DNA of 64,000 nt, taken from the NCBI RefSeq assembly GCF_002087085.1, contig NZ_MWQY01000007.1, forward strand, positions 124,001 through 188,000, written 5' to 3'. Below are positions 19,067 to 29,301 of this stretch, one piece after another (positions within the stretch are counted from its first letter, which is position 1; each line of letters opens with the position of its first letter). A program made the position numbers and the translations under genes. A model generated the notes under the pieces. It saw nothing but the letters and a program-made list of their open reading frames with translations. It made no database searches and was not told the origin of the DNA.

Positions 19067-20823
19067 GAAGAGGAAAACACCAGCCCCTGGGACCTATCAG
19101 CAGCATCCTCACCGTCACCCTGCTCTACATCATTCTGATTATCCTGGTCCTTGTTCTCGCCCGGCAGATCCTTATCGATATTTCCGCCGGCGAGCAGCTG
19201 GACAATATTTATATTATTCCCCTGGGAATCGTGCTGCCGGTCTTTCTTTTCGGAACCGTGGGATTACAGATAATCAAACTGATACGGGATCGCAGGGAAA
19301 ACCGGCCGGGAACACGGTTCAAGACCAAACTGATGGTCTTTTTTTTCGCCATCAGCCTCCTCGCATCCCTCCCGCAGGCGATACTTTCTCTGGCCTTCAT
19401 CGATACGGCCCTCCACTCCTGGTATTCCACGGATCTGGGCGAAGCCCTGGACGGCGGAGTAGAGATTGCCCTGGCCTATAACAGCGAGCGGGTGGACAAT
19501 CTGGTCAATCTTGCCGAGAGCTCCCTCTTTTACCGTCTGCTGAATGAGTCGGATTACAGTTCCCTGTGGGAATCCCTGCAGGAAGCGAACAGTGCCGTTG
19601 ACAGCCTGCAGATTTTCAGAGGTTTCGAGTCGGTCCATTTCTCCGGAGATCCGGTATTGATGCTCGATGAACCGCCGGAGACAATCGCCGAGAATGGTAT
19701 TGTCCCGAAGGAGTACCTGGGTCCCGTTACGGTCCAGCGGGTAGCCAGGGAGTTCCGCGTAGGGGACGGCGATATAGTAAATATTGTATTCAGCAGCCGT
19801 TTCCCCGATGATTTCGGAGCTTCTGCGGAGAAACTGACCCAGAGCCGTCAGTCCTACCGCCAGATTCAGGAGTACAAGAACATATTCAGGATCATCCTGC
19901 TGATCTTTTTCTCCTATTTTTCCTTACCGGTATTTCTGCTCGCCATCCTGGTCAGTTTTCTTCTCAGCGACGAACTGATCCGGCCCATAGTCTCCCTGGA
20001 GGAGGCAACCCGCAGGGCCTCGGAGGGGGACTTCTCCTACCGGATTCTCGGACGCTCTCGGGACGAGCTTTCCATCCTGACCGCCTCCTTCAACCGGATG
20101 ATGTCGGAACTGGAAAACAGCCGCCGCACCACCCTGCAGACCGAAAAGGTGACCGCCTGGCAGGAGATAGCCCAACGCCTGGCCCACGAAATCCGGAACC
20201 CCCTGACTCCCATCAAGCTCTCGGCCCAGCGAATACTCAGACGCTACGAAAAGGACCCGGGAAGGATCGGAGAAATCCTGGAAGGAGCAGTAAGTTCCAT
20301 TATACGGGAGGTGGAAAACCTGGATCTGCTGCTTCAGGAGTTTCGGGATTTCGCCAGACTGCCCCGTCCTTCAAGGTATCCCATCAAACTGGCGAATCTC
20401 CTTGACGAGATAGGTTCCCAGTACCGTTCGGGATACCCCGATATATCCTTCGATTTCTCCGCCGTGGACCGGGATATCGAGCTGCCCCTGGACAGGGAAC
20501 AGATCAGCCGGGTATTCACCAATCTTTTCAAGAACGCCGTGGAAGCCATGGGCAGCGAAGGAAGAATAATAGTCAGGACCGACCTTGTCCGAAAGGGAAA
20601 TACCCGCTATTGTAGAGTGCAGGTTGAAGATTCCGGTAGCGGAATTGCGACGGAAAACCAGGGAGAAGTTTTTCATCCCTATTTTACCACCAAATCCCAC
20701 GGCACCGGTCTCGGACTCCCCATTGTTGAACGTATTGTATTTGATCATCACGGTCAGATCTGGTTTGAATCCGCCATCGGGGTCGGCACGACCTTTTTTA
20801 TCGATCTACCCCTGGAGCTTTAA
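19063..20823 (+). CDS. NtrY-like HAMP sensor histidine kinase
   Basis: Several TM helices, HAMP domain, AWQEIAQRLAHEIRNPLTPI H-box, NLFKNA, DSGSG, GTGLGL. Confidence 0.9.
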   Translation: MRRGKHQPLGPISSILTVTLLYIILIILVLVLARQILIDISAGEQLDNIYIIPLGIVLPVFLFGTVGLQIIKLIRDRRENRPGTRFKTKLMVFFFAISLLASLPQAILSLAFIDTALHSWYSTDLGEALDGGVEIALAYNSERVDNLVNLAESSLFYRLLNESDYSSLWESLQEANSAVDSLQIFRGFESVHFSGDPVLMLDEPPETIAENGIVPKEYLGPVTVQRVAREFRVGDGDIVNIVFSSRFPDDFGASAEKLTQSRQSYRQIQEYKNIFRIILLIFFSYFSLPVFLLAILVSFLLSDELIRPIVSLEEATRRASEGDFSYRILGRSRDELSILTASFNRMMSELENSRRTTLQTEKVTAWQEIAQRLAHEIRNPLTPIKLSAQRILRRYEKDPGRIGEILEGAVSSIIREVENLDLLLQEFRDFARLPRPSRYPIKLANLLDEIGSQYRSGYPDISFDFSAVDRDIELPLDREQISRVFTNLFKNAVEAMGSEGRIIVRTDLVRKGNTRYCRVQVEDSGSGIATENQGEVFHPYFTTKSHGTGLGLPIVERIVFDHHGQIWFESAIGVGTTFFIDLPLEL

Positions 20824-20825
20824 GC

Positions 20826-22193
20826 ATGAGTTTGGTACTGGTTATCGACGATGAACCCGGCATTCGCAGCGTTCTCCATGATATTCTCACCGATGAAGGT
20901 TACTCGGTCATCAGCGCCGAAGACGGTATCGAAGGTCTCGCCCTGCTCAGGGAGAATCCCGTCGATCTGGTAATCCTCGATGTATGGCTCCCCAACATGG
21001 GGGGAATCGATGTGCTGAAGCAGATCAAGGAGGAGTATCCCGATCTTGAGGTCATCGTGATTTCAGGACACGCGAACATCGACATGGCTGTTAAGGCGGT
21101 AAAACTGGGAGCCTTCGACTTCATTGAAAAACCCCTCTCCCTGGACAGACTTCTCACCATCTGCCGTAACGCCTTTCAGCTGGAAGAACTGCGCAGGGAA
21201 AACACCAACCTGAAAAGGTCCCTCTTCATCGAGGATGAGATTATCGGAGAGAGTCCGGGGATCAATAAGGTCAGGGAACGGATCCGTCAGAGCGCCGCCT
21301 CCGACGCCAAGGTCCTGATCCTGGGGGATAACGGTACGGGAAAAGAGCTGGTTGCCCGGGAGATCCACCGCCAGAGCGGCAGGGCCGCCGGGCCTTTTGT
21401 GGAGGTAAACTGCGCCGCCATTCCCGATACCCTGATCGAAAGCGAACTCTTCGGCCACGAAAAAGGGGCTTTTACCGGGGCAGTTTCCCGGAGAAAGGGC
21501 AAATTTGAGTCCGCCGACGGCGGTACCCTCTTTCTTGACGAGATAGCCGATATGTCCCTGAACGCCCAGGCCAAGGTTCTGCGGGTGATTCAGGAGCAGC
21601 TCTTTCAGCGTGTCGGCGGTGAGGTACAGATCAGCGTGAATGTACGCCTGCTGGCGGCAACGAACAAGGACATTCAGGCGGAGATCCGGGCCGGCCGCTT
21701 TCGGGAGGACCTGTTTTTCCGGCTCAACGTGGTACCTGTTCATGTTCCCTCTCTGCGGGATCGGCTGGAGGACCTGCCCCTGCTGGTGGAGTATTTTATG
21801 CGGAGATACGCCTCCGATGACCCCGCGGGGACAGTCAGGCATTTCTCCAATGAAGCAATGCAGGTTTTACAGAATTATTTATGGCCCGGAAACATAAGGG
21901 AATTGAAAAATTTCATAGAACGGATTAATATAATGAGCGACGAAGAGAGTATTTCAGCCGAGACCGCGTTATATTATCTTGGTGAACAGCAGGTCAGCCC
22001 TGCGCATACCGATCTTCGGGACTACCTCGATTTGAGACTGAACGAAGCAAAAGAGCTCTTTGAGAAACGGTTTCTTGAAACCAAGTTGCAGGAATGCGGA
22101 TACAACATATCGCAGACCGCGGGGAATCTGGGTATCTATCCCAGTAACCTGCACAGTAAGATTAAGAAATACAGTATCGAGATCAAGAAATGA
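20826..22193 (+). CDS. NtrX/NtrC-family sigma54-dependent response regulator
   Basis: Receiver domain, GDNGTGKE, GAFTGA, FREDLFFRLNV, WPGNIREL, Fis-type HTH. Confidence 0.93.
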   Translation: MSLVLVIDDEPGIRSVLHDILTDEGYSVISAEDGIEGLALLRENPVDLVILDVWLPNMGGIDVLKQIKEEYPDLEVIVISGHANIDMAVKAVKLGAFDFIEKPLSLDRLLTICRNAFQLEELRRENTNLKRSLFIEDEIIGESPGINKVRERIRQSAASDAKVLILGDNGTGKELVAREIHRQSGRAAGPFVEVNCAAIPDTLIESELFGHEKGAFTGAVSRRKGKFESADGGTLFLDEIADMSLNAQAKVLRVIQEQLFQRVGGEVQISVNVRLLAATNKDIQAEIRAGRFREDLFFRLNVVPVHVPSLRDRLEDLPLLVEYFMRRYASDDPAGTVRHFSNEAMQVLQNYLWPGNIRELKNFIERINIMSDEESISAETALYYLGEQQVSPAHTDLRDYLDLRLNEAKELFEKRFLETKLQECGYNISQTAGNLGIYPSNLHSKIKKYSIEIKK

Positions 22194-22798
22194 AGAAACT
22201 GACCAGTCGACAGAACGAAGTCCTCAGTTTTATTAAAGAGTATCTATCAGACCACCGGTATCCTCCAACGATCCGTGAGATTGCTTCCAATTTCTCCATC
22301 TCGGTTAAAGGAGCCTACGACCACGTTAAGGCCCTGGAAAAGAAGGGACACCTGCGTTCGGGCTCCAGTAAAAGCCGCGCCCTCGAGATCATCTCCCAGG
22401 ATGGCTCCTCCGGTGACGAAATACTGGATATCCCGGTCCTTGGAAACGTAGCAGCGGGTATTCCGCTCTTTGCGGAGGAAAACTTCGACGGACAGGTCAG
22501 GGTTCCCGCTTCCCAGCTTTCCCGGGGTGAACATTTTGCCCTGAAGGTAAAGGGAGACAGCATGCAGAACGCAGGAATACTGGATGGAGACACAGCCGTC
22601 TTCCTGAAAACCGAGAGCGCCTATAACGGGGACATCATCGTTGCCCGCATAAACGACGAAGCGGTTACCCTGAAACGTTTCTACCGGGAAAAAAACCGGG
22701 TCAAACTGAAATCCGAGAATCCCGTCTACCCGCCTATCTACACCCAGAATGTCCGCGTTCTTGGAAAACTTCAGTATCTGATCCGCTGTTATGAGTAA
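22190..22798 (+). CDS. lexA: SOS repressor LexA
   Basis: LTSRQ, PPTIREI, VAAG cleavage site, GDSM (Ser), VTLKR (Lys). Confidence 0.95.
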   Translation: MKKLTSRQNEVLSFIKEYLSDHRYPPTIREIASNFSISVKGAYDHVKALEKKGHLRSGSSKSRALEIISQDGSSGDEILDIPVLGNVAAGIPLFAEENFDGQVRVPASQLSRGEHFALKVKGDSMQNAGILDGDTAVFLKTESAYNGDIIVARINDEAVTLKRFYREKNRVKLKSENPVYPPIYTQNVRVLGKLQYLIRCYE

Positions 22799-23795
22799 AT
22801 CCATCTTTCTTCTCCTGGGCCCCGAAAACGGGGAAAAGGAACGTTTTATCGCCCGTCTCCGCAGTGATCTGGAAAAGAAGGCCGGAGGGTCCCTGGAAAC
22901 ATCGAGCTTCTATCCCTACGACACCTCCATGGCGGATGTTGTTTCGGATATGCGAAACGGCTCACTCTTCGCTTCCAGCAAACTGGTAAAAATCAGCCGC
23001 ATCGAGGATCTGAAAAAAGAGGGAGTAGATTCCCTGATCGAATATATCGCCTCCCCTGCCCCGGGAGTGACCCTGCTTCTCCTTTCAGATGAAATCGGGA
23101 GTGACCCGAAAAGCCCTCCGGGAAAACTGAAAAAGCCTCTTCCAAAGGAGAATGTTAAGATCTTCTGGGAGCTCTTTGAGAACCAGAAACAGGGCTGGAT
23201 TCTCTCCTACTTCCGGGAAAAAAAGATGGGGATCCATCAGGAGGCCCTGGAACTTCTTCTGGACCTGGTGGACAACAACACCCTGGACCTGAAGGAGGCC
23301 TGCGGACGCCTTGCCCTTTACTATGGAGAAGGACGCCAGCTGAGTGTGGAGGATGTGGAAAGCCAGATACTCCACAGCAAGGAAGAGAACGTCTTCAGCC
23401 TCTTTGCCAAGATTGCCGAGGGGGATCTGGCCGGCAGCCTGGATATCTGCATCAAGATTCTGGAATCCGGAGCAGGTCAGGCGGTGCAGATCCTGGGAGG
23501 GATAATCTGGCAGTTCCGCAGGCTCCACGCCCTGCGTCTGCTTTTGGACAGCAACTTCAGCGAACAGGAAGCCCTCAACCGGGTCAACATCCGGGGCAAA
23601 CGGAACGGGCAGATCAGCCTGCAGGGAGCAGCCAACTACAGCTCCGAGGATCTGGGCCGTATTCTCGCCCTCCAGGCCCGCTACGACGGGCTCCTGCGAA
23701 GCACTCCCGCCGAAGCCCATTCCCATGTATTGAGCATGTTTTTCTACTACGCCGTCGCCCGCAAGGGTCTGGAAGAAGAGCCGGTTCTGCCTTAA
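22791..23795 (+). CDS. holA: DNA polymerase III subunit delta
   Basis: FLLLGPE, SLFAS, KEENVFSLF; 334 aa. Confidence 0.85.
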   Translation: MSKSIFLLLGPENGEKERFIARLRSDLEKKAGGSLETSSFYPYDTSMADVVSDMRNGSLFASSKLVKISRIEDLKKEGVDSLIEYIASPAPGVTLLLLSDEIGSDPKSPPGKLKKPLPKENVKIFWELFENQKQGWILSYFREKKMGIHQEALELLLDLVDNNTLDLKEACGRLALYYGEGRQLSVEDVESQILHSKEENVFSLFAKIAEGDLAGSLDICIKILESGAGQAVQILGGIIWQFRRLHALRLLLDSNFSEQEALNRVNIRGKRNGQISLQGAANYSSEDLGRILALQARYDGLLRSTPAEAHSHVLSMFFYYAVARKGLEEEPVLP

Positions 23796-25615
23796 TTTCC
23801 GGAATCCGGTTTCTTCGCCGAGAATTCCGCCACCACCCGTTCCGCCACCGCTTCCGGAAGCCGTCCACGGTTCCGCAGATCCTCGTAACTGGCCGCGGAC
23901 AGCCCGTCGATACCTCCGAACTCCTGAATCAGCGCGGCAGCCCGGCGCTCTCCGATTCCGGGAATACCCGTCAAGCGGCCCAGATGCAGATCAGAGCTCC
24001 TCTGACGGCGGCTCAGGGAGGTGGCGAAACGGTGGGACTCGTCCCGCACCGCCTGCAGGACCTTCAGGGCCTCCGCGGTCTCCGGCAGACTCACCGGATC
24101 ACTCCGGCCGGGAAGAAAGATCTCCTCATTCTTTTTCGCAAGACCGATTACCGCGACCTCCTCAAGACCCAGCCCCCGGATGATTTCCAGTGCCGCATTG
24201 AGCTGACCCTTACCGCCGTCGATGACTACCAGGTCCGGACGGGGAAGACCTTCATTCAGCACCCGGGTATAACGCCGGGCCATGGCCTCCCGCATGGCCT
24301 GAAAATCGTCGATTTCACCTTTTAAACTGCGTATATTGAAGGAGCGGTAGTTCTTCTTGTCAGGGTTCCCGTTGTAGAAGGAGACCAGAGAAGCCACGGT
24401 ATGCTTTCCCGCCAGGTGGGCGATATCAAAGCCCTCGATACGCCGGGGCAGACTCCCGAGTCCCAGTACTATACGAAGTTCCTCCAGGGCAGGCAGATTG
24501 GCCGAGGCCTTCTGTCTCTTCTGGACATCCATGGAGGCGTTCTCCAAGGCCATGTGCACGATGGATCGATGCCGCCCTTCCTCCGGGACCTCCACGGAGC
24601 ATTCAGTCCATCCCTGGGAGCTGAAAAATTCCCCCAGAAGAGCCTTGTTGACCCGGTGGGAGAGATAGATGATCTCCGGTGGCCGGTGGTCCGGGGTATA
24701 ATACTGCAGGAGAAAATCGAAGAGGAGCTCTTCCTCGTCCTGGGGACTCACATTGCCGTAGAGCTCACGGCCCACCAGCTTGCCTCCCCGCATCTGCATT
24801 ACCGCGAAGGATGCAAAGCGTCCCGCCGTTGCCACCGCAAGGTAGTCCCGGGATTCCTCCTGGAAATCCTGGACCTGCTGTCCCTCCTCGACGCTCACCA
24901 CCGCGGCGATGGAATCCCGCAGGGAGGCGGCCTTTTCGAACTTGAGGTCCGCAGCAGCCTCTTCCATCTCCGCCTTCAGATCGGAGATCAGCTCCTCCGT
25001 TGCCCCGGAGAGGAGTTTCCTCACCCGGTCCACCTCTCTGGCGTAATCCTCCCGGCTGATTTTTCCGACGCAGGGGGCCCTGCAGCGGCCGATGTGATAG
25101 TAGAGGCAGGGAGTATCCCGTTTTTTCAGCTTTCCTTTGCACTTTCTCAAGGGAAAGAGCCGCTCGATGAGTTCGAGATAGCGGTCGACACTGCGGGCAT
25201 CCGGATAGGGACCGAAGTATTCCGAACCGTCCCGCACAATCCGGCGGGTACGGAAAACCCGGGGAAACTCATCCGCGGTAATCCGTATTACCGGGTAGCT
25301 CTTCCCGTCCTTGAGGTTCACATTGTAGCGGGGTGTCCACTGCTTGATCAGGTTGTTTTCAAGGACCAGGGCCTCGTACTCGTTGGCAGTTACGATGTAT
25401 TCGATGGAGGCGATACGCTGAACCAGGAAGCGGGTCTTGATGTCCTTTTCCCCGATAAAATAGGAACCCGCCCGCTTGCGCAGGTCCACCGCCTTGCCCA
25501 CGTAGATGACCCGGGAGGAGGAATCCTTCATTATGTAGACCCCCGGGCTGTGGGGGAACTCCGCAACCTGTTCCTTGAGATCGATCAGCCGTTCATCGTC
25601 GCCGCGTTCCTTCAT
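23792..25615 (-). CDS. uvrC: Excinuclease ABC subunit C
   Basis: PGVY...YVGKA GIY-YIG, UVR domain, IEGFDIAH, IDGGKGQ, RDESHRFA, HhH. Start ATG 25615, downstream of the mmsA terminator. Confidence 0.96.
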   Translation of the reverse strand: MKERGDDERLIDLKEQVAEFPHSPGVYIMKDSSSRVIYVGKAVDLRKRAGSYFIGEKDIKTRFLVQRIASIEYIVTANEYEALVLENNLIKQWTPRYNVNLKDGKSYPVIRITADEFPRVFRTRRIVRDGSEYFGPYPDARSVDRYLELIERLFPLRKCKGKLKKRDTPCLYYHIGRCRAPCVGKISREDYAREVDRVRKLLSGATEELISDLKAEMEEAAADLKFEKAASLRDSIAAVVSVEEGQQVQDFQEESRDYLAVATAGRFASFAVMQMRGGKLVGRELYGNVSPQDEEELLFDFLLQYYTPDHRPPEIIYLSHRVNKALLGEFFSSQGWTECSVEVPEEGRHRSIVHMALENASMDVQKRQKASANLPALEELRIVLGLGSLPRRIEGFDIAHLAGKHTVASLVSFYNGNPDKKNYRSFNIRSLKGEIDDFQAMREAMARRYTRVLNEGLPRPDLVVIDGGKGQLNAALEIIRGLGLEEVAVIGLAKKNEEIFLPGRSDPVSLPETAEALKVLQAVRDESHRFATSLSRRQRSSDLHLGRLTGIPGIGERRAAALIQEFGGIDGLSAASYEDLRNRGRLPEAVAERVVAEFSAKKPDSGN

Positions 25616-25649
25616 AAATCGGGATAAAAATACTCCATTTTCAGGGAAG

Positions 25650-25682
25650 AAAAAAGCCGTCCGAAGAAGATCTCCGGACGGC
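25650..25682 (-). terminator. Intrinsic terminator after mmsA
   Basis: Minus strand gccgtccg-gagatcttctt-cggacggc-tttttt. Confidence 0.8.
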
Positions 25683-25703
25683 GGTGATTCAGTTCGGGCA
25701 ATG

Positions 25704-27188
25704 TCAGCCCTCTTCTGACCAGAAGCGTTCGGTAATGATCTTGTCCTCGGTATAAAAATTGACAATCGCCTTGCCCTGGGCCTTGATGTCGGCGAACTGG
25801 GAGTTCTTCATACCGCCGAAGGGAAGGTAGGCCACCGGAGCGGGAATCCCGACGTTCACGCCGATCATGCCGGCCTTGACCTCGATCTTGAACTTCCGGG
25901 CGAACCAGCCGTTCTGGGTGTAGATGGAGGCGCCGTTGCCGTACTGGTGATCGTTGATGATGCCGATTGCCTCGTCCAGGCTGTCGGCCTTCAGAATGAC
26001 CACCACGGGTCCGAAGATCTCGGTCTGGTGGATCTGCATTCCCGGTTTGACCCCGCCGAAAACCGTGGGACCGATATAGTAGCCCTTCTCGTATCCCGCG
26101 ACCTTGATATCCCGGCCGTCCAGGAGCAGTTCGGCCCCCTCCTTGACCCCCGTGTCGATCATCCCCAGGATAAACTCCTTCGCTTTGGCGGAGATTACCG
26201 GTCCCATTACCATGCTCTCGTCGGCCACCGCCGGATCGAGGGGATTGGTGGTGATTACATCCCTGGCTGCCCTGACGAACTCTTCGGTCACCCTGGCGTA
26301 GGTATCGTCCCCGACGCAGACAATGGCGGAGGCAGCCATGCAGCGCTGTCCTGCACAACCGAAACAGGAGGTGATCATGTTCCGGATAACCTCGTTGAGA
26401 CGGGCGTCCGGCATGACCACCAGGTGATTCTTGGCGCCCCCCATGGCCTGGAAGCGTTTGCCGTTCTCAGCGCACTTTCTGGCCATCAGCCTGCAGGTGG
26501 GAGTGGACCCCACCAGGGAGACTCCCTGCACCAGGGGATGTTCCATGAAGGCATCCGCCACAGTCCGGTCACCGTTGATGAGGGTATAGACTCCCGCCGG
26601 AAGTCCCGTCTGATGGATCAGCTCGGTAATGAAGTTCATCGTGTTCGGCACCTGTTTAGAAGCCTTGACGACGAAGCTGTTTCCCGTGGCTATCGCATAG
26701 GGCAGAAACCAGAAGGGGACCATGGCGGGAAAGTTAAAGGGAGCAATCATACCAAAAACCCCCATGGGAAGACGGATCACCTCTCCGTCGATCTCGAAGG
26801 AGGCCCCGATCAGCTTGTCGCCCTGCTGCATCACCGGCATGCCGCAGGCCACCTCGACGTTTTCGAAAACCCGCTTCATCTCCGCCCTGGCGTCAGGCAA
26901 AGACTTGCCCATCTCCTCCACCAGAATGCGGCTGATCTTCTCCTCGTTCTCCTCCAGTAAATCCCGCAGCTTGAAGAGGTAGCTCACCCGCCTGGAGACG
27001 GGAACATCCTTCCAGGAAAGATAGGCCTCGTAGGCTGCTTCAATCGCCCTGTCGGTCTCCTGCCGCGGGGTCAGGGGGACCTGGGAGATCACCTCTCCGG
27101 TGCTCGGGTTTTCAACATCCAGGTAGGACGCGCCGGCGGGATCCACCCACGCGCCGTTTACATAGTTCTTGAGTTTACGGACTGCCAT
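25704..27188 (-). CDS. mmsA: CoA-acylating (methyl)malonate-semialdehyde dehydrogenase
   Basis: APFNFPAMVPFW, VGSTP, MGGAKNH (lacks the ELG glutamate), AGQRCMA, EIFGP, GVNVGIPAP. Confidence 0.88.
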   Translation of the reverse strand: MAVRKLKNYVNGAWVDPAGASYLDVENPSTGEVISQVPLTPRQETDRAIEAAYEAYLSWKDVPVSRRVSYLFKLRDLLEENEEKISRILVEEMGKSLPDARAEMKRVFENVEVACGMPVMQQGDKLIGASFEIDGEVIRLPMGVFGMIAPFNFPAMVPFWFLPYAIATGNSFVVKASKQVPNTMNFITELIHQTGLPAGVYTLINGDRTVADAFMEHPLVQGVSLVGSTPTCRLMARKCAENGKRFQAMGGAKNHLVVMPDARLNEVIRNMITSCFGCAGQRCMAASAIVCVGDDTYARVTEEFVRAARDVITTNPLDPAVADESMVMGPVISAKAKEFILGMIDTGVKEGAELLLDGRDIKVAGYEKGYYIGPTVFGGVKPGMQIHQTEIFGPVVVILKADSLDEAIGIINDHQYGNGASIYTQNGWFARKFKIEVKAGMIGVNVGIPAPVAYLPFGGMKNSQFADIKAQGKAIVNFYTEDKIITERFWSEEG

Positions 27189-27197
27189 TATTTTCTC

Positions 27198-28292
27198 CTA
27201 CTCTCCTTGAATATCTGGATCAGACAACATAAGATCCCGTATCATCTGCAACAGTTTATCATAACCTTCAATAAAAGATCTCAAAGTTCTTCTAGTCGCT
27301 CCAAAAGATTCAAATTCCTCTAGAGTTAATCCCTCTTCATCATAAGCTTTTTGGAAATCCGGGAATTTTCTGTACAGTTCATCGATGATTCTATCATCAA
27401 CAGGATCATCTATTCTGTCCTTAACCGTTATATCAGAAGAATTAAATTTTTTCTGCCATCCATATGGAATAGTCATGGATAATTCTCCACCGATAAATTG
27501 TGACCAATGCATATGGTTTCGATAAGCTGCCGCCAATAAACGGGAAGAATAACCACGTTCTTTAAAAATTTTATAAGCCTTTTTTAGAGTTGCCACCCCT
27601 GCCCATTCAAAATAACCAGGATCGGTAATAATCCCTTTGCGATCAGCAACGATTTTTAACCAATCATCAAGGCGTCCTACCATGATTGTGCAAATAGGAC
27701 TCATTGTCGAGCTATCTATCCCTTCCTTTGCTCTGCGTGAGATTCCTCTTTCCACAGCTTCTGCAACCGCAATACTCTGGGGTACGGTAAAACACACCGT
27801 AGCGTTTATGCTTACACCTTTATACGTAAGTTCTTCTATAGTCTCGATACCGGCCTTTGTAACCGGAATCTTTATGTTATTATTTGGATAGAGAGAAGCA
27901 AAATGAATTGCTTGGTCGACCATAACCTCTGAGTTTCGAAAAAATCTTGGGTTGGTTTGAATTGATAATCTCCCTTTTTTTCCATTACTCTTTTCAAAAA
28001 TAGGATGCAGCAGGATTGCTGCCTTCATAGTCATTTCTTCTATGATTCGCCACGCTAATGTTTCCTCATCGGAATCAGATGATTCATCAATCAATGCTTT
28101 TAACCTGGGTTTCCATTCTTCAAACTCCGCTTTAAGCACATTCCCAACGATAACAGGATTGCTAGTTCCACCTACTGCTCCATTTTCAATGGCATAGCTC
28201 ATTTCATTAACCGAGCATGAGTCGTTCCAAAAATCCGTACATGTTGTCTCTGCCATTTCATGGAGCGGTCCATACAATTTAGCATCTTTCAT
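27198..28292 (-). CDS. Transaldolase family protein
   Basis: WNDS, GGTSNP, KIP (Schiff-base Lys), NATVCF, MVGRLDD. Confidence 0.88.
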   Translation of the reverse strand: MKDAKLYGPLHEMAETTCTDFWNDSCSVNEMSYAIENGAVGGTSNPVIVGNVLKAEFEEWKPRLKALIDESSDSDEETLAWRIIEEMTMKAAILLHPIFEKSNGKKGRLSIQTNPRFFRNSEVMVDQAIHFASLYPNNNIKIPVTKAGIETIEELTYKGVSINATVCFTVPQSIAVAEAVERGISRRAKEGIDSSTMSPICTIMVGRLDDWLKIVADRKGIITDPGYFEWAGVATLKKAYKIFKERGYSSRLLAAAYRNHMHWSQFIGGELSMTIPYGWQKKFNSSDITVKDRIDDPVDDRIIDELYRKFPDFQKAYDEEGLTLEEFESFGATRRTLRSFIEGYDKLLQMIRDLMLSDPDIQGE

Positions 28293-28533
28293 AATTACCT
28301 CTCTTTATTTTATAGCCCTATAAACTGCTTATAAGGCAATTTCTGGTACAAATTATTATGTGTCGTTGTTTTTATATAATCCAGAGGCAATTATACCCTC
28401 TAAGGTTTCCATGGCCTGAGCAACTGTAGTTCTTTTTTGGATTTTTCTGTTACTTTTATTATTGTCTGATAATTTATACATATCGCAATTATAATCATCA
28501 TTATTGACATAAATTCATCTTCCCCAAGGAAAA

Positions 28534-29301
28534 TCACGACACAAGCATTATTATTCCGGTCATACCGAGGACAGCCGATATTATAGGTTTGACATTAAAC
28601 TTACTAAAATAATTGTGAGCCGCATCGCCAATCCATATGCCAAGAAAAAGAAATGGTATCAAAATTGCTGTATCTCGAAAATTTTGCACAGTAAAAGAGC
28701 TTGATATAAAGTAGTTGAGTATTAGAATGGTATTGAAGGTTATCCATAATAAGCTAAGAGTAGATCGAAAGGAACCAAAATCCTTTATAGCTGAGGCAGT
28801 GTATAAAACAATCAGAGGTCCTCCTGAGGCAAAAGCTCCGTGTATTACTCCACCAAGTATTAGCAAGGCATACAAACTCCATCTTTTAACTACACTGAAA
28901 TTATTGATTAGAATCTTGGTTCTATGGGAATTTTTAAATTTTATTATTTTGACTTCAATTAGATTTTTGATAGAGATTATTATAATAAAAATCGCAAGTG
29001 CTTTCTGGAGGAAAGAAGCCTGGAATATCCTGAATATAATTATCCCAAATGGCAATCCAATGGAAACGAAGGCAAGAATAATTAAATATTGCCGGAAAAC
29101 AATCCTTCTCCAATGTAGACATACAATATAAAGAGAGAGAATCCAAGATAAAATCGCTAACGTCGGTATTGCCGCTTTCAGACTAATGATCTGAGATAGA
29201 AAAGGTAAAGCCAGAACTGTCGAACCAAATCCTGTAACAGTTTGAACCAGATGTGTAATTAACACAATAGAACCAGAAGCCAAGATCTGAATAACAGTCA
29301 T
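28534..29301 (-). CDS. TauE/SafE family anion exporter
   Basis: 255-aa membrane protein with TGFGS..LALP and GAFASGGP repeats and FRSTL. Confidence 0.85.
   Translation of the reverse strand: MTVIQILASGSIVLITHLVQTVTGFGSTVLALPFLSQIISLKAAIPTLAILSWILSLYIVCLHWRRIVFRQYLIILAFVSIGLPFGIIIFRIFQASFLQKALAIFIIIISIKNLIEVKIIKFKNSHRTKILINNFSVVKRWSLYALLILGGVIHGAFASGGPLIVLYTASAIKDFGSFRSTLSLLWITFNTILILNYFISSSFTVQNFRDTAILIPFLFLGIWIGDAAHNYFSKFNVKPIISAVLGMTGIIMLVS

Noticed and set aside
25616..25765. N-terminal extension of uvrC
   Set aside because: It overlaps the mmsA 3' end and its terminator; UvrC similarity starts near 25615.
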